The translations under genes were made by a program, and so were the position numbers. Shown piece by piece: positions 47,471 through 59,123 of a stretch of 64,000 nucleotides of DNA. The notes under the pieces were generated by a model, which was not told where the DNA came from, did no database searches, and saw only the letters and a list, made by a program, of their open reading frames with translations. Source of the stretch: Glycera tridactyla (taxonomy: Eukaryota); the NCBI GenBank assembly GCA_965644265.1, contig OZ286465.1:86366001-86430000 (forward strand). The letters are read 5' to 3'. The first letter of the stretch is position 1. Every line of letters begins with the position of its first letter.

Positions 47471-50253
47471 CTGTAACACACAGAAATACAGTTTGCCCAT
47501 TAACAAAGATTCAACATCCCCACAATGTACTGACATTAGTATAAATGACAAAGGACTCTCTGAGAGGACCCTCAGGATTTCTGAGGAGGCAATGCTGCAA
47601 ATGGAATAGAGCAACTTCATGGGCAAAGCGAGCCACCAAGTTAAGCAACTTCGTGATCTGCAAAGATAACAGGAATTACAAACCACTGCTATCAAAATTT
47701 GCATCAGTGAATGCCCAACATGTGATATGCTGTGAAACGGAGAGCCAAATTTGTGAACTATGCTCGACCAAAAAGTCTGGCAACTAGGAAGGTCCAGCAC
47801 ACTTTTTTAGTGGTCCACCAAATCAGCTCGTCAAATTTGAATATTACTTGGTGGTCAGGCTAGGTCAGTGTTCTTTTGGTTTCAGGAGTTGAACCCAAAA
47901 GTCGGTGTTCGTAGACCACCACATCAATGCCTGGTGCAGCGGTACTGATGTGCTGGTGACACTCGTTACATTTTGCAAAAGATGTAGCTATGGTTCTTTT
48001 ACATGCACATAGGAACTCCCATAAAATCTGATAGATATGGCAAAACAATACGATGAGTAACTGAATATATAGTGAATAGAATTCTTACCATCAAAATACA
48101 AATGATCAAACTTGCGTTTCATGATGGTGGCATGCTAAGTATGAGCAATAACCACCATGCTCCTCCTCACTTTCCACCCCATAGTGTCTCTGATTCACCG
48201 AGCCAGTATTGATATCATATCCTCAGGTATATAGGCTACCTTTGCAATCAATGAATGCTCATCACTATTGAAATCAGAGGCGTTCACATGCTTAGGTCCG
48301 AATTTCCTCATGATTGGTAGTCATTTGTAAAGTACTTGGCGCCGACTCTGTTAACATAATGTTATGATCTGACTTCCTGGCAATGCTGATCAATATTCCT
48401 GTTGAATGTGACAAAAAATATCCATGCTTATTGTTGGTCTGGGTGTCTGATACATCTATATCGATGTCTCCAGGGAATAACTCGTAGCTCATGAACAAGA
48501 TTGTGGGACTGGGGCCCCTTCCACTAAGGCACATGGTACATTCAAAAAGGTGTCAGAACTTCAGATGTTGCGAATGACAATTCGGCCCTACACATTGATC
48601 TTTGACATGCAGGTGGCCTTCACAGCAGGTTGTGTATTATCAATCATAGACTTCTCATTACTGCAAAGGTAGATTCATCCTGGACAACTCCAGGCCCTCC
48701 ATATTCAGACATGTGTATGCATACATGCACGCTAGTTTGAGAATGTGAACCAGCAACATGCACCTCTCTTTGCAAGCTGTTACATGTAATCCATATCTCT
48801 GGCACCATTTGCCAAATATTGTGTTATGGAGCAGTAAACAACAGTTACTGGTGTGGTGGCAGGTGCACTGACACCAGAAATGGACCCTGGGAGACGCTGA
48901 TCTACTCACATTTACTGTGAAACTATTGTTTACTGCGTTCACTCCATATATTGGGCAGAGGTTGCCCAAAATATGCCATATAAACCAAAAAACTACTTCT
49001 CTTCAACAAAATCTCTTAAAGTGAAACCTGCAACAAGAGACCACCTTAAATGTCACAAAAAAGTGGCCTCTGGTCAGAGGTGGTCTCTGGTCAGAGGTAT
49101 ATTAATGCTGTCCTGAAAAAGGTCTCTCGTCTCAGGTGGTCTCTCATTGAAGCTCTCACTGTAGTTTATATTTTGCAACAGTTTGGCTTTTGTCACATTC
49201 CACAATGTGTGCTGCTTTCATAGAATGCACCACAGAATGAATGTTGATCATTCCATCCCCACTCAACACCCATATTCAGGGTATTGGCCACAGATGATGG
49301 TTATCAATTTCTGAGTTGCATAATAAGCATCAGAATCAACCACAGTGCTGTGACACTCAAGTCTTCATTCAGCTCACAAACTGGCTAAAAAAATACAAAC
49401 GAGTACCATTAGTTCCAGGCATGGAAGTGGATAGGCACAGGCACTTTAGAAGTCCCTAGTTAAACCTTTTTAGAAATCCACTAATTGCTATTAGCGAGGT
49501 GGAGTCTGAAGCTAACCCTAACACTGACTCAACCTAACCCTAACCATGAGGACCCCTATCCCTAACACTGCCCATGATAAAAAGAAATTCTGAAAACATG
49601 GTCTTCGCATATGGACCTGGGTACTAATATTCATTCTACCCTCAGTAATCATCACCCTGAAATAATAATGATTCATATCTTCCATATTTGTAAATCATAT
49701 AGACTTGATCAGCCACGCACTATTCTGGGTAAATATTGGCATGATGGACACACCATTTCCAATCTGTTTGATCAAAATGTGCTGGAACCAGCCATGCAGT
49801 CAGGCATCCCTGCCTTGTTGATGAGTGGGGGGAAAGGAGGGTGGGTTGATGGCTTGAATGACATTGAGTCATTAATGATGCAGAAAACAGGTGATGAGCC
49901 CAATGTCTAGGCCTCCCAGCAGCAGGAATGAGCCAATTACCACTACTACCCTACTTGACAATACCCCATGATTAAATCAATAGTCGATTACCATGATAAA
50001 AGAGGCTGCAACCTATTCCATTTAATCACTTCTCACCCTACAGCTGTTTGATGAGAATGCCCCATTCATGAGGTACTGCTCTTAGGGTCAATAGCGTGAC
50101 ATTCAGCGGAGGATCCTGTTTACTGTTGAGGCGGATGTTGCCCTCTTTATCTCTGATATACTTGAGTATTGATCTGCAGCAGCATTGTCAATATTGCTTC
50201 AAAATGATGCTCTCTATTTACACACAAGAGATGCCATCCCTGTACAATAGTTG

Positions 50254-50270
50254 GTGTGTGTGTGCACGTG

Positions 50271-50328
<58 letters not shown>
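50254..50328. repeat. (TG)n microsatellite
   Basis: Direct inspection. Confidence 0.95.
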
Positions 50329-50329
<1 letters not shown>

Positions 50330-50425
50330 ACATGCATGTTGTGCACGCATGCTTGCATGCATGTGAGCACACATGCAAACCTAGTCAATGCTGAGTGAGT
50401 GCAGGTGTGCTCACTTATTCATCTA

Positions 50426-50603
50426 CAGTTGAACCTGCTCTGAAGACCACCTCCCTATATAGATCACCTGCCTATAAAGACTGCCCTGAGCTGTGACCCT
50501 GATAGTAATTTTAACAGTAAATGACTTCTCCATAAAGACCACCTGCCTATAATGACCACTTCTTGATGCAACAAACGGCGGTCTTTATAGACAGGTTCAA
50601 CTG
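50426..50603. mobile_element. Tc1/mariner-type MITE
   Basis: TA|CAGTTGAACCTG...CAGGTTCAACTG|TA. Confidence 0.85.
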
Positions 50604-51624
50604 TATATTTCATGCAACTCTGCTTGCTCACCCCAACTTGGGTGTGTAAAAAGGTGCAAACCTGAAGAGCTATTCACAAACTATGGATCTAGCTAAACCA
50701 AGTGCTTTGACATATACCAACATTATCACAACATAATGATCTTGCATGATTTGTGAGAGGCTTCTTTTACAAGTTATTCATGAGAATCAGCAGGAATCTT
50801 ATGCAGGTTATTTAGCATGGACTGCTTCATCACATAAGTCAGGATTATCAGCTCAATCCTGAGTATTCCCCAACTTAAGTGGCCCAACATCTCAATCAAC
50901 TTTGAGCAAATCATCCACAATGGAGCATTCTTCAAAGACAACACTGAACCACATAATCAGTTACTGTTGCAACTGTCCATGTGTAGACATATAGCATTTC
51001 AAACTTCACTGTTTGGGGTGTAACATATACACAGTTGAATGGGAAAATCCATACCAAACATAACAGAAGTTGCAGTATTTTCTCCATAGCATTCACATGT
51101 ATGCTGAGTTGGCATGTCCATCCCTGTTCTTACAATAGGATGACAGCCAATGCAGCACAAAAACTGGTGGCATTCATGCACATGGCCTACTTCAGCTCGA
51201 AACTGGCATGGAGCGCATATCATGGAGAGATCCAAGAGAGGACAATCAGACAACTTAAGCCTGTAAGTAGTTTGGTGGAAATGGAATGCTGATGTTCACA
51301 TCCAAGGCACAGAGAAAATTTTAGAAAAACATTTCATGCGCCCAAGGGCGCATCAGGTGAAATTTGATGCACCTGTCACCGATTTTATGTGCCCAAATCA
51401 CTTATCAGGTTACACATGAACAATGTTTTTCACAATTCTCAATCGCTCCCGAAACGCTAAAAATACGGCTGGGTATCAAATTCGCACACAGTTACCCTGC
51501 TTTTGTAATTCATGATCGTTTTTGTGAAAATCACGATATTTTCGCCATAAACGTGATAAAATAATTCGGCAGATATACCCAATCGAGAGCCTCCCGCCAT
51601 TTTGGGCCGATCACCTGCCATATT

Positions 51625-51710
51625 AGTGTGGTTCCCGAACCAACCGTTAGATGGGAGTGTGTGGCGTGCTGACAAGCTCGCCATCTAGCGGTTGGTCTGG
51701 GAACTAGACT
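51625..51710. mobile_element. Short foldback/MITE with about 30-bp imperfect TIRs inside a CpG-rich TE-like tract (51330-52030)
   Basis: agtgtggttcccgaaccaaccgttagatgg versus the reverse complement of ccatctagcggttggtctgggaactagact, 25/30 identical. Confidence 0.6.
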
Positions 51711-54700
51711 GGCTGAAATCTCATCATACTCTCGCGAGAGATTTGCGCGCCATCTTGGATATTTTGAAGATGGAGAGGAATAAACATCACTTTTGACTGG
51801 TAAATCTTTCCTAATTGACTGTTCTAGACTGGATTTTTGCCGTTTCTAGCAAGATTTGGACGTTTTAATGCCATATTGAGCGATATTTTATGTGCCGAGG
51901 CTGGTGCACCCAGCAAAAAGCATGCGGGTTTCATTCGTTTGATGCAACTATGGCGCGAGGCCGCGGTTGATCACGATCCCTGAGGGTGCAAATGTTTTCA
52001 CCATGGCGTGGGGTGAGCGAATAATAGTCTAATATGTGAAGATTTTCTCTTTTGGTGGCCTGAATTTCAGGGAAATTACTTATAAGTTGCAAGGTATTTA
52101 ACTTAAATTGGTCAACATCAGTATCTGGTGGGAGTTCTGATAATTTTTGGAAGGGAAAGTAGATTCATACCTCCGAAATAGAGTTCTCACATTGAATACA
52201 TTCAATCTAAATCATTCTTATCCTCAGGAGAGCCTGATTGTTGGGTCCAAATGGTCCTTCAAATGTACTGATCACAGGCCCCACTAGTGCTGATAGTAGG
52301 GACTGTCAGATAGGGTTAATTCGGACTGAGAGGGGAAAAGCCCAGATTTCTTGTTTACCAAACAATGTAATTATTCTGAAGGCACTAATAACACATCTGA
52401 TTCAAAAATAGATCTCAACAAATATCAGGTTCATCAACTACCTCTTGTCAAATTGTCTTTCTTGCAGAATGCAAACAGCAGTGAATACCTTGGGGGTTGT
52501 AGCATTGGCTGAAGATAAGTTACTCCATCAACCTACAAAATCATCGAAAGACTATAACTGATCCTTCATGAGCTCTGATACCTCAAACTTCCCATGATTT
52601 TCATTTATTTTGAGAAAAAAGTATGACACTGAGGTATAGTTGAACCTGCTCAAAGGACACCTGTCCACAATGACCACTATTGATAATGAGGTTTGACTGT
52701 ATATTTCAGCTTTCTAAAAAATATGCCCACACAGATGTGCACGTGCACGTGCCCGCGCACACACGCACACACATACTTCCCCACCCACACATACAACCAC
52801 ACCCACATATTTCCACCATACTTCCATAACACAAACCCCCCCCATACACAAACACACATGAACACATACACACAATCAGTGTCTACCAAAAATATATTGA
52901 TTGAGACCAGGTCAGGAGAGATGAACATAAATCACCAGTCCAGTGATCAATAGCAACTGAGAAGGGCATGAACATGCCTGGCATGTTTGTGAGAGAAGGA
53001 TGCACCTCATTCACCTAAACAGATGCCTTACAGGGTTTCCATAGCCATGTGCCATCTGCCTATGGGTGAAAGTAATCAAATGTAAAAAGTCCCACAGTCC
53101 AAGAAGGGATTGGGAAGGCATGGTGATGTGAGATCATCACATCATCATGTGTAACCAGGATGTGATTGGCTCGCAACCCCAAACCCTGAAAGACCAAGTT
53201 TTTGGATATATACCATGTGTATACTAATAACTGCAAACAAAAGATACGACAGAAGACAAGCAGGGTGACAGATGGAGTATGTGAAATCATGAGCTTTATC
53301 TCAACCAGTCCTGATCCAACTTTCATGATCTAGAAATCAAAATAATCAGCACAGAATGTTCAAAAACATGAAAATCCGATGAAGGAGGGATTTGCATTCT
53401 GTGACAATACTCCCATGATCAAGTAGGATACATATATTATTGCAAATCTGTGATCATGATGAGTTATCTCCAATAAAATCTATTTGGGGAATACCTCTCC
53501 TTCACGCTTTCCTTTCCCATATTGAATATCTGGCATCTTCCTTAACTGTCGCAAGCAAATGCTCCTTTCAACATAACGCCCAATTTGGTGAATATTTATG
53601 GACTTCTCGGGAGCCATTAGAGGCTGCAAGCAGCATCTCATCCGACTAATTATACCTCATTCATCATATTCAATTACATGTCTATTATCTGCAGGTAATG
53701 AGCACAATCAATCTCTCCTCCACCACAATGGGACTGAGTGAAATCCACACGTGTTCACTTCCCATGACGGCCTACACAAAAACACTCCAAATCCAAGCAC
53801 AGATTATTGACTGCACATTAAACTAACAAACTCTCTCTACAGAGTCATTGACTCATGAACATTTGCAGCTCATGGAAATTGTGCCTGTCTGACCCTGTCC
53901 ATGAAGATGTCTTTTTCATAGTATTATTACAATTCACTCGGAAGTCAATTTAATAAAAAAAAATAATTCTAGTAATCAATGACACCTTGCCAGAATCCAT
54001 TTTTTTTCTGGCCTTTCATTTTTAACATGACAGAATCCATGATAAACATATATCTATTTTCTTTTTTGAAACAAACAAGTTTCAGCCATGATTTCCTTGA
54101 ATATATTTGCCCATCTTTCAATTACAAGCATCTTGTGACTCTTCACAGATGAACTGGTACCATCCCTTCTCAAATTCGGGTCAGTCACCATCCCCAAGTT
54201 CTAAGTCGGTCCTCTTCAAGGGTTGACTCAACATAAATTAAAATTGGTTATTCAATAGAAATAAATTGCGATTGATCATTTCCCATAATAGGCACTGATT
54301 GCTAAAACTACTGTTTCACCTTGGGTGAAAACATTACATAGTAAATCCAATTACTGAAACAAGGGGTATCCTGACTCATAAATCTAATAAAGCAATATAT
54401 GATGTGCCCTGATGGAACATGCAATTCAACTCATTTTGATAAGATAGAATGGTTCGGGGAACATGTAAAATAGCACATGGAAATTGCATAAATGTGCACT
54501 GATTGCCCATATATTTTCCTTTGTTGGGAGATCCATGCTCACATGAGAAGCAACCATCATTACAGCAAATTGATTTAGTCGTATTCCACATATGGTCCAT
54601 GAGAGAATTCACTCAAATCAACACCTTGCTCACCTCTTTCAGTGGAGAGACTGAATATATACTTCTTTCCATTTGTTAAAAAATGTCTGAATCAGGCATT

Positions 54701-55580
54701 ACAGCCAGCTATAAGACACTACCATCTTAATTTGACAGCCGATAGAAAGTGAAGGCATTTCTTACATGATTCCAGTACAGAAGCAACCTGCTGTTCAGCT
54801 ACATAATGCACTCCTGGTGTTAGTTGTTCCACAATGATGCGTGAACAACAGCCATGGGCAGACCCCATTCTGTGTTTTTTGCATCGGACACAGCCACATC
54901 CCAGTCTCCAGCATTAAGTCTCGGCATAGTCTGCTGACTGTTGCCTGCTCTGCTGGCATATAACGGGAACAGCACCAGCCTCCTATCATCCCTCCACCGG
55001 ACATCCCGTTACCATGGTGATCGGGCACTATAATTCTGTTAATGCCAGCCAAACCACCCCAGGCTTCCGTCAACGAGGAAAAAAAAAAATTGACCTCAAA
55101 TTGGACACTACTAGCCAAGTGGTACAGTTTAACCCTTCATCCCCAAAATGCTCCAATGATTCACAGCTTGAGCATAGTCTGACCCCACAGAATTGTGGCC
55201 TTCATTCTTTGCAAGGAGGGGTTTTCAGGTTTTCCAAAGATACTAAACTCTGGATGAATAGAGACACACAAGTCTGATAAACATGTTCACTCAGATGAGC
55301 AAATCGGATAATTGATTCGAATATAACCTGCTATAAGCAACCTTGCTAAATGCCAACAAAACTGGTCTTACCGAATAGATGGGCTGTCACCGGATTATGG
55401 AAAACAGTCTTAGGAGATAGGCATTGTTTTGTCCACATTTACTAGGGGCAACTGTACACATATCTATATGTGGGACAAATTGAAACAAGAAAACTTGATG
55501 CAAGGCATCAAAGAGTGCCCGGCAGAGAGGAAAGCGGTTGGTGAATCACTGAGCTGGCCTGTCCTCCCTGTCCTGTCCTG

Positions 55581-55851
55581 GGGCCTGTTTTACTAAACCC
55601 AAATAGTCCCCCTAATTGGGGGTTTAAGGAGACTTAGTCTACCTAAATTCATGTTAGGGGAAATGCCGGTGAGTTGCATTTTACTAAAATTAGTACCCCT
55701 AAATAGTTCCCCCTAAATAGTTCCCCTAAACCAGGCAAATGGTGATTTAGGGGGAGTGAAATTAGGGGGAGTTGAGACAACCTCCTAAATTTTAGGGGGA
55801 CTATCGACTCCCCCTAACTAAGAGAGACTGCCTTATTAGTAAAACGGGCCC
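55581..55851. mobile_element. PIF/Harbinger-like MITE, 271 bp, CTG TSD (copy 1)
   Basis: CTG|GGGCCTGTTTTACTAA...TTAGTAAAACGGGCCC|CTG. Confidence 0.75.
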
Positions 55852-56344
55852 CTGTCCTGCATGCCTGCCCGCCTGGCTTGGCCTGGCCTGTCCTGCCTGC
55901 CTGCCCTGTCCTGTCTGGCCTACTATGTCCTGCATGTCTGGCCTGCCATTTCTTGGGCCTGTCCTGGCCAGCCTGCCTAGCCTGGTCTGTCCTGCCCTGC
56001 CTGCCCTGTCCCGCCCTATTCCATCCTGCCGGCCTGGCCCATCCTGTCCTGTCCTATCCTGCCGGCCTGGCCCATCCTGTCCTGTCCTTCCTGCTTGCCT
56101 GCCTGCCTGCCTACCTTCCTGCCCGCGTGCCTGCCTGGCCTGTCCTGTCTTGTGCTCTCTTTCTATCTGCCTGCCCGTCATATTCTGTCCTGCCTGCCTG
56201 CCTGTCCTATCCTGCCTGCCTGCCTGCCTGCCTGGCCCATCCTGTCCTGCCTGAAAACTTGATGCAAGGCATCAAAGAGTGCCCGGCAGAGAGGAAAGCG
56301 GTTGGTGAATCACTGAGCTGGCCTGTCCTCCCTGTCCTGTCCTG

Positions 56345-56615
56345 GGGCCTGTTTTACTAAACCCAAATAGTCCCCCTAATTGGGGGTTTAAGGAGACTTA
56401 GTCTACCTAAATTCATGTTAGGGGGAATGCCGGTGAGTTGCATTTTACTAAAATTAGTACCCCTAAATAGTTCCCCCTAAATAGTTCCCCTAAACCAGGC
56501 AAATGGTGATTTAGGGGGAGTGAAATTAGGGGGAGTTGAGACAACCTCCTAAATTTTAGGGGGACTATCGACTCCCCCTAACTAAGAGAGACTGCCTTAT
56601 TAGTAAAACGGGCCC
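56345..56615. mobile_element. PIF/Harbinger-like MITE, copy 2 (part of the 764-bp tandem duplication)
   Basis: Same termini, TSD and flanks as copy 1; one internal substitution noticed. Confidence 0.75.
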
Positions 56616-57005
56616 CTGTCCTGCATGCCTGCCCGCCTGGCTTGGCCTGGCCTGTCCTGCCTGCCTGCCCTGTCCTGTCTGGCCTACTATGTCCGGCATG
56701 TCTGGCCTGCCATTTCTTGGGCCTGTCCTGGCCTGTCCTGGCCAGCCTGCCTAGCCTGGTCTGTCCTGCCCTGCCTGCCCTGTCCCGCCTGTCCTGTCCT
56801 ATTCCATCCTGCCGGCCTGGCCCATCCTGTCCCGTCCTATCCTGCCGGCCTGGCCCATCCTGTCCTGTCCTTCCTGCTTGCCTGCCTGCCTATCTGTCTA
56901 CCTTCCTGCCCGCCTGCCTGCCTGGCCTGTCCTGTCTTGTGCTCTCTTTCTATCTGCCTGCCTGTCATATTCTGTCCTGCCTGCCTGCCTGCCTGCCATA
57001 TTCTG

Positions 57006-57090
<85 letters not shown>

Positions 57091-57160
57091 GCCCATCCTG
57101 TCCTGCCTGTCCTGTCGTGTTCTGCCTGCCTGGTCTGTCCTGTCCTGTGCTCTCTTCCTG

Positions 57161-57463
57161 NNNNNNNNNNNNNNNNNNNNNNNNNNNNNNNNNNNNNNNN
57201 NNNNNNNNNNNNNNNNNNNNNNNNNNNNNNNNNNNNNNNNNNNNNNNNNNNNNNNNNNNNNNNNNNNNNNNNNNNNNNNNNNNNNNNNNNNNNNNNNNNN
57301 NNNNNNNNNNNNNNNNNNNNNNNNNNNNNNNNNNNNNNNNNNNNNNNNNNNNNNNNNNNNNNNNNNNNNNNNNNNNNNNNNNNNNNNNNNNNNNNNNNNN
57401 NNNNNNNNNNNNNNNNNNNNNNNNNNNNNNNNNNNNNNNNNNNNNNNNNNNNNNNNNNNNNNN
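57161..57463. other. Assembly gap (303 N)
   Basis: Run of N. Confidence 1.
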
Positions 57464-57839
57464 GTCTGGCCTGCCCTGTCCTGTCCTGCCTACCTGCCAG
57501 CCTAGCCTGATCTGGCTGGTTGACTGGCTGGCTGGAGCTAATGTTGCATTTTGGTGGGCAAACTATTCTTCTCTATTTCGGTATATTCCTCTTCATTGTT
57601 CATGTTTGATTCGGTATATTTCGGCATATTCCGGCAATTTCGGTATATTTCGGCATTTTTGACTTTCAGTCTTCAGTGTTACACTACAAGATGGCAGTCT
57701 CCATGGAGTCAATGTACGCAGGCACCCCTTCCATCCCGTTGGCAGTATACTGTCATTTCTGTCCATATTCGGAGGGGGTATGCACATAGCATGTAATACC
57801 GCGACACACACGGCACCACAAAAACACCGGCACAGAAGA

Positions 57840-57873
57840 CCCGGCGCTCCTGCGCCGGGCCAATGAAGACTAG
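57840..57873 (+). mobile_element. Helitron-like 3' terminus
   Basis: Perfect 8-bp GC hairpin CCCGGCGC-TCCT-GCGCCGGG, 10-nt spacer, CTAG, then T; 5' end not located. Confidence 0.55.
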
Positions 57874-58958
57874 TACAATACTAGACATATAGGGGCATCT
57901 CACTGCAGGTTTTACTGTACATATGCCCTGCTCCAGAATGTTTCATTCATGACTATCTCTCATCATCGGTTTCTCTCTGCAAGCTCTTCATTGGGGAATT
58001 GTAGCCTAATCTCTCAACGAAGACTGTCCTTGATTGCATGAAAGAATGTCCTGTTTCGACATTCTATATGCTGAGCTTATCAATATTTGATGTGCAGATT
58101 TCTCACACAATATGAATCTTATGGTAGTTGAATGTGACCAATTTTTCTAATGAATTCATGGTGCATAATGGCCAGAAGTACTCATACATGAAGCCAAAGT
58201 ACCTACTGTCTATACAAGTTTTTTTGTGAACGTTGGTTTTCATGAATTTGTCAGCCAAAAAATTGGCTGAGCATAGATTTCAGAGTAAATGATGTGCACC
58301 ATAAATGTTTGCCAGCATTGGTATACATACAGCTGATGAGCGAGCCACCTGTCATCACATAAAGATCTATGAAAAAATGCTGTCTGTACTCATTGACCGC
58401 AACAACATAGTCATCAAAGAAGCATGCCATAATTAGGCACGTGATCGCTGATTATGACACAGAACTACGCAGGCATATGACCTCAAACCATGGACAATGT
58501 AACTAGTGGGCCAAACTCATCAGACAGTTGTGTCATAACAGGAATGTGAATTTATACACATCACGTCACATCTCTATTGTAGCACATTTCAGAATATTTA
58601 TCTTCATCACATCTGGTTCCAAGATACTTCCGATGAACATTGGTAAAAAAAAATGTGAGCATGATTCCAGAATGCAGAAGGTCAATTCTTCACAATCATA
58701 TTTACTTTCCAAATTATTGCCGGAGGGGGCGGAGGAAATTATTGATCCAGAATTTACAAGGTGATGTATTAGTCAAAATTTTCTAGTCTATCATCCGCAC
58801 ATGGCATTAACAAGAAAGCAAGCTTGTACATGATCTCTCAACAATATTGTTCCAGAGAGAGTTGATATGATTCCATCATGAACCAACTTGGGACCAAGAT
58901 CTGTTTGTAACATGATCATAAGGTACTGCATCCAATCATCCTCATTTGCTTTGGCCTA

Positions 58959-59123
58959 CAGTGAAACCTGCAAAGAGAGACCCTTGATGAAGAGACCACC
59001 TCTGACGGGAGACCGCTTCTGCAGGGCAGCTTCCTTATTAGACATCTCTGACGAGAAACCACCACTTTTGAGAGACCACATTCTAGTGGCATTTAGGAAG
59101 GTCTCTTGTCGCAGGTTTCACTG
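58959..59123. mobile_element. Tc1/mariner-type MITE
   Basis: TA|CAGTGAAACCTGC...GCAGGTTTCACTG|TA; further degraded copies near 26475, 44265-44712, 49021-49161, 52637-52699, 59915-60320. Confidence 0.85.

Larger units (their letters stand above)
55489..57160. repeat. Tandem duplication (period 764 bp) containing a complex CCTG/CCTGT/CCTGG satellite
   Basis: gaaaacttgatgcaaggc... begins at both 55489 and 56253; satellite at 55852-56252, 56616-57160 and 57464-57505. Confidence 0.9.

Noticed and set aside
25072-50398. ORFs with HTHT/CVCV/ARTH runs (25072-25354, 36362-36584, 50096-50398)
   Set aside because: Microsatellite translations
54766-54798. 33-nt phase 1-1 candidate exon (EQQVASVLES)
   Set aside because: Poor polypyrimidine tract; within chance expectation
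55801-57662. Long ORFs rich in P/A/C/L (up to 345 aa) and the G/Q/R ORF on the minus strand
   Set aside because: Translations of the CCTG satellite, which lacks stop codons; several run through Ns
58332-58436. LIDRNNIVIKEACH as a Penelope GIY-YIG remnant
   Set aside because: Too short and degenerate to support without a profile search
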